Notes under the pieces: generated by a model
The model's input: only the letters and a program-made list of their open reading frames with translations
Database searches by the model: none
Told to the model about the DNA's origin: nothing
Source: Crocinitomicaceae bacterium
Lineage (GTDB): Bacteria; Bacteroidota; Bacteroidia; Flavobacteriales_D; Crocinitomicaceae
DNA: 64,000 bases
Direction: 5' to 3'
Assembly (NCBI GenBank): GCA_021738405.1
Contig: JAIPCC010000003.1
Location: forward strand, 308-64,307
Shown: positions 1 through 9,551 of the stretch, one piece after another
Numbering within the stretch: position 1 is the first letter of the stretch
How the letters are laid out: each line of letters starts with the position of its first letter
Position numbers and translations under genes: made by a program

Positions 1-2
1 AT

Positions 3-1265
3 GTCTATTTTCCCGAAACGAAAATCATTCACTACAAAGGGGAGAGCACCAAAAAAGGTTCTTTGAACTACGTGTTTGTGTTTTACAACGCAATGATCAT
101 CTTTGCCAAAAAGCACTTTTCTGCACGCTACGCAAGCATCTTCTCGTTTGCCATTCACATGGCCATTTACTTGCGCGCCAGTGCTTCTATCTTCAAAAGA
201 TTGCTGACCAACCTCTTGTGGCCTGCAATTGACTCCACGATATCCGTTTGTTTTTTATACCTATTGGCCCACCAATGGAAACAAAACCAAATTCTCTTTC
301 CTGCTTGGGCCTACGACGTATTGATTCCTTTTTATGTAGGCATTTGGATTTTTAGTTCGTGGCTTTTCGGCCTCTACGACCGCGGCACACGGGTACAACA
401 AATTTGGAAAAGCACTTTTTTGGGCACCATCACCATTCTTGTCGCTTATGCGTTGTTTCCGAAAGAATGGCAGTTTTCAAGGCTTTTTATTCTTCTTGGC
501 GCCGTTGGTTTTTTGGTTTCATTCTACCTCACGCGGTCTGCTAAAGAACTCCTGACCAAAGGGCGCATCGATTTTGGCAAGCTTCCGAAAAAACGCTTCG
601 GCATTGTTGCCAACCCAGAAGAGTTTGAGCGCATTGCCGGTTTGCTCAAAGCAACGTATCCCGAAATAGAACAAATTGAACAAATTTCAGTGAGCGCGTT
701 CCAAACAAATTCAAGCGAGCAGCTCGAAGACATCATTCGGGTACACCAACTCAATGAAATGATTTTCTCGGCCCAAGATGTCGGCGCCTCCAAAATAATT
801 CAGTACATGGCCGATACCGCCACCCTCGACCTCGAATACAAAATTGCCCAGCCCAACGCAAGTTACCTGATTGGCAGCTCTTCTATCGATCAGGCTGGTG
901 CCTACTACAACATTCATTTTGACGCCCTTCAGTTGCCGGCAAACAAACGCATCAAGCGCTTGCTCGACCTGATCTTGGCAAGTCTTCTACTTGTTTTTTC
1001 ACCCCTGATATTTTGGAATTATCGAAAGCCCAAACAGTTGTTTACTAATATTTTTCAGGTGCTCGCAGGTCGCTATTCCTTTGTAGGGGTAAAGCCTCAA
1101 ACTGACGCCGTCAGAAAAGGTAAACTTTGCATCCTGCAGCCCAAATTAAACAAGGAACAACCAACTGAACTACAAGCATTTATATATACCAAATCCTACA
1201 CCCCGTGGCACGACCTCACATCGGTCTGGAAGCAACTCGGGCAGCTAGACAACGAACCGCACTAA
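3..1265 (+). CDS. Glycosyltransferase, C-terminal membrane part (gene starts upstream of the window)
   Basis: The frame is open from base 3 (VYFPETKIIHYKGESTKKGSLNYVF..), so the Met at 63 is internal. Hydrophobic helices follow. The C-terminus has KRLLDLILASLLLVFSPLIFW and VLAGRYSFVGVKP, resembling the first TM helix and the last motif of bacterial sugar-transferase domains. Confidence 0.55.
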   Translation, partial: VYFPETKIIHYKGESTKKGSLNYVFVFYNAMIIFAKKHFSARYASIFSFAIHMAIYLRASASIFKRLLTNLLWPAIDSTISVCFLYLLAHQWKQNQILFPAWAYDVLIPFYVGIWIFSSWLFGLYDRGTRVQQIWKSTFLGTITILVAYALFPKEWQFSRLFILLGAVGFLVSFYLTRSAKELLTKGRIDFGKLPKKRFGIVANPEEFERIAGLLKATYPEIEQIEQISVSAFQTNSSEQLEDIIRVHQLNEMIFSAQDVGASKIIQYMADTATLDLEYKIAQPNASYLIGSSSIDQAGAYYNIHFDALQLPANKRIKRLLDLILASLLLVFSPLIFWNYRKPKQLFTNIFQVLAGRYSFVGVKPQTDAVRKGKLCILQPKLNKEQPTELQAFIYTKSYTPWHDLTSVWKQLGQLDNEPH

Positions 1266-1283
1266 TAATTGTCTGAATTTGCT

Positions 1284-1291
1284 TAATTTTG
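1284..1291 (+). promoter_or_regulatory. Bacteroidota-type -7 promoter box TAATTTTG (TAnnTTTG)
   Basis: Exact TAnnTTTG match 31 nt upstream of the ATG at 1323, in the only intergenic gap. Confidence 0.45.
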
Positions 1292-1322
1292 CAGGCAAAT
1301 CAACGACATCAATTTTCAACAC

Positions 1323-2666
1323 ATGGCACAAATAGAAATTCGTCTTCCCAAAATGGGAGAAAGCGTTACAGAAGCAACCATTACCAATTGGCTTAAAAAC
1401 ATTGGCGAAACAGTTGCCATGGACGAACCACTCGTTGAAGTTGCCACCGATAAAGTAGACAACGAACTGCCTTCAGAAGCTGCCGGCACCTTGGTGCAAA
1501 TCCTATTCGAAAAAGACCAAGTTGCACAAGTTGGCGACGTCATTGCCATTTTATCTACAGATGGTGGCGCCGTTGCAGATGCTGCACCTGCACCAAGTGC
1601 ACCAGCACCAGCTGCCGCCCCAGTTGTTGAAACGACCAGCAGCGCGCCAGCAAATACAAACGCACCAATTGCAAAAGGTAGTTCAGACCGTTTCTATTCG
1701 CCGCTCGTTCGCACCATTGCACAAAAAGAAAACATCAGCGCGCAAGAATTAGCCGCAATCCAAGGAACCGGTCAAGAAGGCCGCGTCACCAAAAAAGACA
1801 TGCTCAGCTACTTGGAAACAAGAGGCAGTGCGCCTGCGCCAACAGCAGGCCCTGCTGCGGCACCAAGCACAACTGCAGCACCCGAACCTGCAACACAAGC
1901 AGCGGCAAGCAGCAACAACATGCCTGCTATCAAAGCGCCAGTGGTTGTGCCAAATAGCGGAGACGAAATCATCGAGATGGACCGCATGCGCAAGCTCATT
2001 GCAGAGCACATGATCATGTCTGTTCATGTATCTCCGCACGTCACCTCTTATGTAGAGGCAGACGTCACTACCATTGTCAAATGGCGCGAGCGCATGAAAA
2101 ACGAATTTAAAAAACGCGAAGGTGAAAACCTCACTTACACGCCTATTTTCATGGAAGCCGTGGCCAAAGCCATCAAAGACTTCCCGATGATCAACGTGTC
2201 GGTTTCTGGCACCACAATCATCAAGCGCAAAGACATCAACATCGGAATGGCTGCTGCCTTACCGAGTGGCAACCTCATCGTTCCTGTCATCAAAAACGCA
2301 GACCGCATGAACCTCGTTGGCTTGGCAAAAGCCGTCAACGAACTAGCTAACAACGCCCGCAACAACAAACTCAAGCCTGAAGATATCCAAGGAGGTACCT
2401 ACACCGTTACCAACGTCGGAACCTTCGGCAACGTCATGGGCACCCCAATCATCAATCAGCCACAAGTTGCTATTCTTGCACTTGGCGCCATCAGAAAAGT
2501 ACCGGCCGTGATCGAAACCCCAGAAGGAGATTTCATTGGCATCCGTCACAAAATGTTCTTGTCGCACTCCTATGACCATCGCGTGGTTGACGGAGCGCTC
2601 GGAGGTCAGTTTGTACGCCGCGTTGCCGATTACCTCGAAGGTTTTGACCCCGAAACCACCATTTAA
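1323..2666 (+). CDS. 2-oxoacid dehydrogenase complex E2 (dihydrolipoamide acyltransferase)
   Basis: N-terminal lipoyl domain (VEVATDKVDNELPS), Ala/Pro-rich linkers, a peripheral-subunit-binding-like segment (SPLVRTIAQKENI), and a catalytic domain with SHSYDHRVVDGA. Confidence 0.9.
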   Translation: MAQIEIRLPKMGESVTEATITNWLKNIGETVAMDEPLVEVATDKVDNELPSEAAGTLVQILFEKDQVAQVGDVIAILSTDGGAVADAAPAPSAPAPAAAPVVETTSSAPANTNAPIAKGSSDRFYSPLVRTIAQKENISAQELAAIQGTGQEGRVTKKDMLSYLETRGSAPAPTAGPAAAPSTTAAPEPATQAAASSNNMPAIKAPVVVPNSGDEIIEMDRMRKLIAEHMIMSVHVSPHVTSYVEADVTTIVKWRERMKNEFKKREGENLTYTPIFMEAVAKAIKDFPMINVSVSGTTIIKRKDINIGMAAALPSGNLIVPVIKNADRMNLVGLAKAVNELANNARNNKLKPEDIQGGTYTVTNVGTFGNVMGTPIINQPQVAILALGAIRKVPAVIETPEGDFIGIRHKMFLSHSYDHRVVDGALGGQFVRRVADYLEGFDPETTI

Positions 2667-2668
2667 GC

Positions 2669-3499
2669 ATGGCGCTACAACTCGTCCGCCCGCTTTGTGT
2701 TTTTGACCTCGAAACAACCGGTCTACAAATCACCAAAGACCGCATTGTTCAAGTTGCAGTCATCAAACTATTCCCAGACGGGCGCAGCGAAACCTTCAAT
2801 GAATTGGTCAACCCTGGCCAAGCCATTCCTGTAGAAATCACTGCCATTCACGGCATCAGTGACGAAATGGTTGCAGAAGCACCTACCTTTGCTGATTTGG
2901 CACCACGCCTACTCGACTTCATCGGCGATGCCGATCTTGCCGGCTACAACTCCAACAAATTCGACATCCCTGTGCTCTCAGAAGAACTCTTGCGCTGCGG
3001 GATTGATTTTGATTTAGGGGCGCGTCATTTTGTAGATGTACAAAATATCTTCCACAAAATGGAACAACGCACGCTAGCAGCAGCTTATCAGTTCTATTGC
3101 GGCAAACAAATCGAAAACGCACACAACGCACTTTACGACACCCTCGCCACTTTAGAAGTCTTGCAGGCACAAACCGAAAAATATCCAGATCTAGACAGCG
3201 ATATTGCTGGGCTGGCTAAGTTTTCTACCGTGGGCAACAAGCAAGCCGACTTCGCTGGGCGCTTGGCCTTTGACGAAAACCAAGAGGTCTGTTACAATTT
3301 TGGCAAGCACAAGGGCAAAAGCGTTGCGCAAGTACTCAAACTCGAACCAGGCTATTACGGCTGGATGCTCGAGGCCGATTTTCCGCTCTACACCAAACAA
3401 GTCTTGCGCAAAGAGATGGAGCGCATCAAAGCTGGCAATAGCTCCCAACAAATCGAAGACAAGCTCGAATTATTGAAAAATAAATTCAAAAAGCCATGA
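2669..3499 (+). CDS. DEDDh 3'-5' exonuclease (DnaQ/epsilon-like)
   Basis: Exo motifs FDLETTGL, YNSNKFDIPVL and HNALYDT. Starts 2 nt after the E2 stop. Confidence 0.8.
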   Translation: MALQLVRPLCVFDLETTGLQITKDRIVQVAVIKLFPDGRSETFNELVNPGQAIPVEITAIHGISDEMVAEAPTFADLAPRLLDFIGDADLAGYNSNKFDIPVLSEELLRCGIDFDLGARHFVDVQNIFHKMEQRTLAAAYQFYCGKQIENAHNALYDTLATLEVLQAQTEKYPDLDSDIAGLAKFSTVGNKQADFAGRLAFDENQEVCYNFGKHKGKSVAQVLKLEPGYYGWMLEADFPLYTKQVLRKEMERIKAGNSSQQIEDKLELLKNKFKKP

Positions 3500-4104
3500 A
3501 AATCATCTGTATTGGTCGCAACTATGCCGACCATGCCAAGGAAATGAAAGCCGCGCTCCCTACCGAGCCCCTTTATTTTCTCAAACCAGATACCGCCTTA
3601 CTCAGAGAAGGAGATTTTTATTACCCCACCTTCACCAAAGACCTGCATTTTGAATGCGAGCTCGTGGTGCGCATCGAAAAAGTCGGCAAGCACATCTCAC
3701 CTGATTTTGCCCAAAAATACTACACGCATTTTACGCTCGGCATCGACTTTACTGCAAGAGACATCCAACAACAGTGCAAAGAAAATGGCTTGCCTTGGGA
3801 AAAAGCCAAAGGTTTTGACCACAGCGCACCGCTATCCAATACCTGGATTGAGAAAAGCGAGGTCAATCTAGACGACGCTGAATTCAAGTTGTTTCAGAAC
3901 GGTGAACTCAGACAAATTGGGCATCCCAAAGACTTCATTTTCAGTATAGACACCATTATTGCGTATGTATCGCAGTTTGTGACGCTCAAAACCGGCGACC
4001 TCATTTTTACCGGCACACCAGCAGGCGTCGGACCCGTACAAATTGGCGATGTACTACAAGCCGAGCTCAATGGCAAGCAGCTACTCGAGTTAAAAATCAG
4101 TTGA
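3496..4104 (+). CDS. Fumarylacetoacetate hydrolase (FAH) family protein
   Basis: FAH-fold C-terminal motif GDLIFTGTPAGVGPV. The ATG overlaps the upstream stop (ATGA at 3496-3499). Confidence 0.85.
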   Translation: MKIICIGRNYADHAKEMKAALPTEPLYFLKPDTALLREGDFYYPTFTKDLHFECELVVRIEKVGKHISPDFAQKYYTHFTLGIDFTARDIQQQCKENGLPWEKAKGFDHSAPLSNTWIEKSEVNLDDAEFKLFQNGELRQIGHPKDFIFSIDTIIAYVSQFVTLKTGDLIFTGTPAGVGPVQIGDVLQAELNGKQLLELKIS

Positions 4105-6312
4105 TTATTTTTTGATGACCAGCGCGTTTTGCCCATTTGCCAAACGCAAAAAATAAGAGCCCACTGCTACGGTTGAAAGATCGAGCGCGTAGCCTTCACT
4201 GACTTCTTTAAGCGCAAAGATAACCTGACCCGTCAGCGTCAACAAAGCGCCGCTACAAAGCCCTTGAACGCCAGCAATTGTCAGCTGAGCGGCGGTAGGG
4301 TTCGGATAAACGAGTAGTGGCTGCAACTCCATAGTTTCTATACTGAGGTCCGAACCCGGCTCGTTCTCAAGTAAAAATAAACCACCTGCATCTTGCCCCA
4401 CGATAAGCTCAAGGTGCGCATCGTTGTCTAGGTTTCCGATGGCCGCGGCTGCATAAGCGCCAATTTGCGCACTTAAGCCCAAGAAATCAGGGCTGCGCTC
4501 GTGAAATACAACACTCGGATCTGTAGAAATGCCGTCGTAAAAATGGATGTGGCCATCGAGCGCCCCCACCATCAGATAGGTTGTATCTTGAAAACGAAAG
4601 AAGTGCGGCACCGCATAACCATCTGGGCCATTGCTTTGCACGTTTACACCTCCTAATTGAGTCGTTTCCAGCGCAAAGCTAGGCGACGCTGCTGAACCCG
4701 TATTCAGGTAATAATGTATCGTGCCTCCTTTATGACCAATCATTAAATCAAGTAAGCCATCTTGGTTGTAATCAAATAGTTGCGGCGCTGAAAAAAGTGG
4801 CACTTGGATCGCTGTATTGCTGGCATCGGGAAGTGCATTTGTTTGCAACTGAAAGTTCGGACTCGTGCCCGCACTGGTATTGAGAAAATAAGCCAACTGC
4901 CCGTTGTCTCGACCTATTATCAAATCGGGCTTTCCGTCGGCATTGAGGTCGCCCATTGTGGGGATGAAGCGCTGGCCTAAGTTAGCAGCAGATAGGTTTA
5001 AAAAGTCTTGATCGACCAATACAAAAGAGGGCGCAGTAGCCGAACCGATATTCTGATAATAAGCAATTCTGGACTCTTTGTTGAGCACCGGCTTGTAGGC
5101 AAAGAAATTGGCCACCAACAGATCGGTGAGGCCGTCCTGATTGACATCGAATAAAAGTGGTGCCGAACCCAAACCGTGGTCGATCATGTCGCCTTGTAGC
5201 CAATCGTTGTCTTGGTAGACAAAAACAGGCGCTTGGTTGCTGCCCAGATTTTTGTAAAACCAAACACTATTTTCATTCTCGGATACATTGTTAGCATTGG
5301 GGGCAACCAATATATCTTTCTTTTGATCGAAGTCGATATCTACACTAAATGCCGCGGAAAATAACTGCACATCGGCTGGCGTGGTATTGCTCGGGAAATT
5401 ATAATCGGCACTCACCATTGGCGAATTCGTATTGGGAGCTGTGCCGCCATTCATGAGGCGCACCAAATTGCCGTAAGCGACATCTCCCAGCACCAAATCT
5501 AAAACGCCAGACTGATCGAGGTCTAGGGCCAAAACCGTAGAGCCTGCATGCGCCTTGGCTTGTTCGTTTGGTTTCAATTCAGGATTGGTGACATTGCCAT
5601 CGGTACAGTAAGAGCTGGTGTCGTTTAAAAAAAGTGCATTGCTCGTGACATCTTCGCGGTATTTGCCCCAGCACCTGTTTTTGAGGATGAAAACAAGTGA
5701 ATCCGAATGCCCATAAAGTTCTTGGCTTTGGTTTTGGTGGTATTGGAGGTATTCGCCACTGATGTGATACGTGAGGATATCCATATCGCCATCGCCCTCG
5801 ACATCTACCAGTGCGGGAATATCTGCTCCACTGATGTACAAATTGAGGGTCGGGCCCGCATAATTGGAAAGTAAATAAGGACTATATGCCTCCCACTGCA
5901 AACCGCTGGCCGCACTGCCCGTATTGCGATAAGCCTGAATGCCTCCCACTGCATAACAAAAGAGGTCTTTTCTGCCGTCGTAGTCGTAGTCGAAGGTGGT
6001 GACGCGGTAATGTAAGTTCGACGGAAAAAACAAGTGCGCACGCAAATCGATTTCATAAGTTGGGCCAGCGGCTGAGCTCACCTGCTTGAAAACGCGAATT
6101 TGGTCAGCACTGCGGTCAAAAACGAGGAGGTCTTCGTCGCCGTCGTAATCGTAGTCTAGGGTAGAAAATTGCGGTGTATTGAGGCCTCCAGCCCAAGCTT
6201 TATCGAGGTTTTGACCATCAGAAGACACCGGAATAAAGTTGCTGAAATTGAATTGAAATTGCGCCTGCGCAGCAAGGCTGCAAAAAATAAACACAAGCGT
6301 CCAACTCTTCAT
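4105..6312 (-). CDS. FG-GAP/VCBS repeat protein with T9SS C-terminal sorting domain
   Basis: Signal peptide MKSWTLVFIFCSLAAQA. Repeated D-x-D/N-x-DG-x-x-D(L/I) beta-propeller calcium-type motifs. The C-terminus LVYPNPTAAQLTI...YFLRLANGQNALVIKK is typical of T9SS type A CTDs. Confidence 0.8.
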   Translation of the reverse strand: MKSWTLVFIFCSLAAQAQFQFNFSNFIPVSSDGQNLDKAWAGGLNTPQFSTLDYDYDGDEDLLVFDRSADQIRVFKQVSSAAGPTYEIDLRAHLFFPSNLHYRVTTFDYDYDGRKDLFCYAVGGIQAYRNTGSAASGLQWEAYSPYLLSNYAGPTLNLYISGADIPALVDVEGDGDMDILTYHISGEYLQYHQNQSQELYGHSDSLVFILKNRCWGKYREDVTSNALFLNDTSSYCTDGNVTNPELKPNEQAKAHAGSTVLALDLDQSGVLDLVLGDVAYGNLVRLMNGGTAPNTNSPMVSADYNFPSNTTPADVQLFSAAFSVDIDFDQKKDILVAPNANNVSENENSVWFYKNLGSNQAPVFVYQDNDWLQGDMIDHGLGSAPLLFDVNQDGLTDLLVANFFAYKPVLNKESRIAYYQNIGSATAPSFVLVDQDFLNLSAANLGQRFIPTMGDLNADGKPDLIIGRDNGQLAYFLNTSAGTSPNFQLQTNALPDASNTAIQVPLFSAPQLFDYNQDGLLDLMIGHKGGTIHYYLNTGSAASPSFALETTQLGGVNVQSNGPDGYAVPHFFRFQDTTYLMVGALDGHIHFYDGISTDPSVVFHERSPDFLGLSAQIGAYAAAAIGNLDNDAHLELIVGQDAGGLFLLENEPGSDLSIETMELQPLLVYPNPTAAQLTIAGVQGLCSGALLTLTGQVIFALKEVSEGYALDLSTVAVGSYFLRLANGQNALVIKK

Positions 6313-6321
6313 GGTCTAAAA

Positions 6322-7233
6322 TTACGGCGTTTTTGCATTAGATGCATGCCATACGATCATTCTTTTGTCGTCGCCGGCACTCACAAATCCATCGGCTAAA
6401 GCAATGAGCGCATTAATAGAATGGCGATGCCCAGCCATTTGTAGGTCGAGCCTCTGACCAATTTCATCGGTTTCTAGCGACCAAATTTTAAGGGTTTTAT
6501 CTCTCGACGCCGATACGTAATATCCGTTTGGTAATTGTACTAATTGGTAGATGGTTCCGAGATGCGCCGGAAAGGCATTTTGCTTCTCGCCTGCTGCACT
6601 CCAACGCCTGATGTACGCATCTTTTCCGGCACTTAAAATACCGCCATTAGGCAAAAGGCAAAGCGCTGTGCAACCTTCGTAGTGTGCATAGACCTGCTGC
6701 GTTTCATTGAAAAATGTTGTTTCGATTTTTCTGTAATAGCCGTCGGCACCCGCGACCACAAAATAAGTTCCGTCTGGAGCTACCGCAATTTGGCGAATTT
6801 TACCACAAGCCAAAGGTAGCGTTAGCAATAAGTTCCAGGTGGCGTCCCAGACCAAAACATTGCCCTCGGCATCGGCAGAGTAGCGCTGATCTAGGCAAGG
6901 ATTGGCAGCCAACGCAAAAACCGCACTTTGATGTGCCTTGAGGTATTTGAGTTCTACTTTTTGAGCGGTATCAATAAGGTGCAAGCTGCCATCAGATAAT
7001 CCAATTAAGAGTTGGTTGTGATCGGGCAAAACAAGCAAGCTAAATGGCGCTTGCGTACAGCGAATGGCAAATTGATCTTGCTCACCAGTTGTCTTGTGCC
7101 AACGCGCTACAAACTTGTCTGATGAAGCCGAATAAATATAGCGCTCATCTTGATCAAGTGCATAAATAGGGCCTTGATGGCCAGTGATTTGAAGTTGTTT
7201 AGAATAAAGCGCGTGCGACTTATTCTTGTTCAT
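6322..7233 (-). CDS. WD40-repeat beta-propeller protein
   Basis: About 7 WD-like blades (GHQGPIYAL..SASSDKFVARW, SASRDKTLKIWS, SAGDDKRMIVW). The start overlaps the comA-like stop by 14 nt. Confidence 0.75.
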   Translation of the reverse strand: MNKNKSHALYSKQLQITGHQGPIYALDQDERYIYSASSDKFVARWHKTTGEQDQFAIRCTQAPFSLLVLPDHNQLLIGLSDGSLHLIDTAQKVELKYLKAHQSAVFALAANPCLDQRYSADAEGNVLVWDATWNLLLTLPLACGKIRQIAVAPDGTYFVVAGADGYYRKIETTFFNETQQVYAHYEGCTALCLLPNGGILSAGKDAYIRRWSAAGEKQNAFPAHLGTIYQLVQLPNGYYVSASRDKTLKIWSLETDEIGQRLDLQMAGHRHSINALIALADGFVSAGDDKRMIVWHASNAKTP

Positions 7234-8047
7234 CGTCTAGGTCGTCGTCGGCATCGTCGTTGACTTGTTTGAGGCGGTCTGCGTAAGATTTCGGAAGAAA
7301 ATCGAAGAAGGTGTCGCCGCGCAAGCCCAAGCGCAAACACTCCAATGGAATGACGTCGTTGGGTGCAATGTTGCCTAAATTGACTTCGGCTCCAAAAAGC
7401 TTGATAAACCAAACTTGTTGGTTCTTTTGAGGTGCTTCCCAGAGGATGTCTTCCGGCTTGACATTGGCAATGATGCGGTTGATGAGCATGGTGTGGGCAG
7501 TGCCATTGGGTCTGAATACGCCAACGTTGCCTGCTTCACGGCCTTCGGCAATGACTTTCCAGCTTCCGGCTTCTAATTCTGCTTTCATGAGACGCACCCA
7601 TTTGGCAGGTGAGATGAGGATACCTGAATCTTTGGAACCTACCTCAGAAAGGACTGTTCTGGACTTGGATAGTTCATGGATGAGCTTGCACTTTTCATCG
7701 TGCGGAATGATGATCGAGCCATCGGAGATTTCTGCGAGGTCGAGGTCGTATTTATCGAGTAGCTGGACGTACTCCTTGAACATGCCGCGCGCATAAAAAG
7801 CTTCGAAAAGTGTGCCGCCAAAGTAGGGTCTGATGCCCGCCTCGCGGTACATTTTGATTTTCTCTTCGAGCTGACGCGTCACAAACGCTGTTCCAAAGCC
7901 AAATTTGACGATATCGGTAAGGTGGGCAGATGCTTCGATGAAGTGTTCCGTTTCGCGCAGCCCTAAACCCTTGTCCATCATCATGGTAACGCCTTTGTTA
8001 CGGGGTTTTTCACTGCGCTTGGGGATAAAAGAAAGTTTAAAGTTCAT
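7220..8047 (-). CDS. comA: (2R)-phospho-3-sulfolactate synthase (ComA family)
   Basis: Collinear similarity to archaeal ComA as I recall it: DKGLG, VKFGFGT, GGTLFE, EISDGS, IAEGRE, WEAPQKNQQVWFI, LRLGLRGDTF. Acidic C-terminal tail. Confidence 0.8.
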   Translation of the reverse strand: MNFKLSFIPKRSEKPRNKGVTMMMDKGLGLRETEHFIEASAHLTDIVKFGFGTAFVTRQLEEKIKMYREAGIRPYFGGTLFEAFYARGMFKEYVQLLDKYDLDLAEISDGSIIIPHDEKCKLIHELSKSRTVLSEVGSKDSGILISPAKWVRLMKAELEAGSWKVIAEGREAGNVGVFRPNGTAHTMLINRIIANVKPEDILWEAPQKNQQVWFIKLFGAEVNLGNIAPNDVIPLECLRLGLRGDTFFDFLPKSYADRLKQVNDDADDDLDDEQE

Positions 8048-8049
8048 GG

Positions 8050-9447
8050 TTAATCAGCTAAATATAAAAAATCGGTGTCGTCGAGTAGTTTGGGATTGAT
8101 CTCAAAGATCTGTTTGGCGCTACTCGCGTTTTGGTTAAGGCATTCATTATAGAGATGCTTGGCTTCGGCAAACTGCCCCATTTGCCATTTGATATTGATG
8201 AGATGCAGTTGGGCTTCGAAAACCGCAGGGTGATCTTGACAAAACTGCAAAATGAATTGTTGTGCTTCAGCTAGAGAGGACTCACTTACAAAAGAAATGT
8301 AGTCTGATAGCGCTTCTTGGTCTTCTGGGAGGAGCGCTAAGCTTTTGAGGTAGTGAAACTCAGCTTCTGAACGGAGGTCGATTTTTTGGTAAGCACCAGC
8401 TAAAACGTGGTGTATACCGGAGTTTTCGGGGTCGTAATCGAGGGCTTTTTGAATCAGGACGATGCCTTCTTTGGTGGAGCCCAGGAGGTCTTCGACGATG
8501 CCTAAACCCAACCAAGCTTCTGGCAGCATGGGTTCGAGGTCAATGCTGAGCTTGTAATAGTGCTTGGAAAGCTCGAGTTCATTGAGTTGTTCGTAGGCTT
8601 CTCCGATGTAGCAGAGCGCCATGGCGTCATCTCCGTCGTGTTTCATGCAATACTCAAAGTGCTCGATAGATTTGTGGTATTTTTCCAAAGAGAGATACGC
8701 ATTGCCTAAATTGAAGTGCGCTGGGCCAAATTCTTCATTGACGAGAATAGCGTATTCGTAGGCCCAAACAGCGCGGTCGTAGTTTTCTAGTTTGCTGTAG
8801 GCATTGCCGAGGTTGTACCAAGCGGTGCTCGAGTAAGGCTGTTCGTCGATGAATTTGAGGTAAGCCTCAATAGACGCTTCTGTTGCGCCAAGTGCGTCAT
8901 AGCAACGGCCGAGCTCGTAAAGTGCCGCTTCGTTTTGCTTGTTGGCTTGAAGGGCTTGGTGCAAGGTATCGATGGCTTCTTGGTACTGAGAAAGCCGCTC
9001 GTATTCGATGGCGATATCGAGGTAGATGTAGTCGTGTTCGGCTGGGTCTGAGTGCTCGAGTGCCAATTTGAAATAGCGTATGGCTTGCTTGTGTTCGCGC
9101 TGCTGGGCGTGAATAGAGGCTTTGGTGAGGTAGAGTTCGGCGCTATCGATTTCTTGCTTTTCTAGCTGAACCACGCAATCCATGGCTTCTTGTAACAAGC
9201 CCATGCCACCTAAGGCCTGTGCTTTGCGCAACTTGAAAAGCGGATTGTAGGCAAACTGATAAATACCGTATTCCGAAGCGATTTTGGCCTTATTGAATTG
9301 ACCTTGAATGAGGTAGTGATCGATGAGGCCTTCTAGACGGTCGCTGTCGATGAACTTGAGCTTTTGACCCTTCAAGTGCGCCTCGAAGTGCTCGATGTCT
9401 TCGCTCAAACTGCTGTCGTTGTATTCTTCTTCGTCGTCGTCAAACAT
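8050..9447 (-). CDS. Tetratricopeptide (TPR) repeat protein
   Basis: Many 34-residue TPR units (AWYNLGNAYSKLENYDRAVWAYEYAI etc). I prefer the ATG at 9447 (MFDDDEEEY..), because the longer ORF to 9567 would overlap the upstream lipoprotein gene. Confidence 0.75.
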   Translation of the reverse strand: MFDDDEEEYNDSSLSEDIEHFEAHLKGQKLKFIDSDRLEGLIDHYLIQGQFNKAKIASEYGIYQFAYNPLFKLRKAQALGGMGLLQEAMDCVVQLEKQEIDSAELYLTKASIHAQQREHKQAIRYFKLALEHSDPAEHDYIYLDIAIEYERLSQYQEAIDTLHQALQANKQNEAALYELGRCYDALGATEASIEAYLKFIDEQPYSSTAWYNLGNAYSKLENYDRAVWAYEYAILVNEEFGPAHFNLGNAYLSLEKYHKSIEHFEYCMKHDGDDAMALCYIGEAYEQLNELELSKHYYKLSIDLEPMLPEAWLGLGIVEDLLGSTKEGIVLIQKALDYDPENSGIHHVLAGAYQKIDLRSEAEFHYLKSLALLPEDQEALSDYISFVSESSLAEAQQFILQFCQDHPAVFEAQLHLINIKWQMGQFAEAKHLYNECLNQNASSAKQIFEINPKLLDDTDFLYLAD

Positions 9448-9551
9448 AAGGCCCAATTCTAAGTATAAAATTAGGCCCTTTGCGTCATAATGACAACTAA
9501 TGCTTTTGGCACTTATCAACAAATGCCAAAAATGTTGAAAAGTTCTTAAGG

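Noticed and set aside
9448-9480. Imperfect inverted repeat (AAGGCCCAATT...AATTAGGCCCTT) between the small lipoprotein gene and the TPR gene, considered as a terminator.
   Set aside because: The stem has two mismatches and no U-tract on the transcribed (minus) strand, and it abuts the TPR ATG. The evidence is too weak to call a terminator or a regulatory hairpin.
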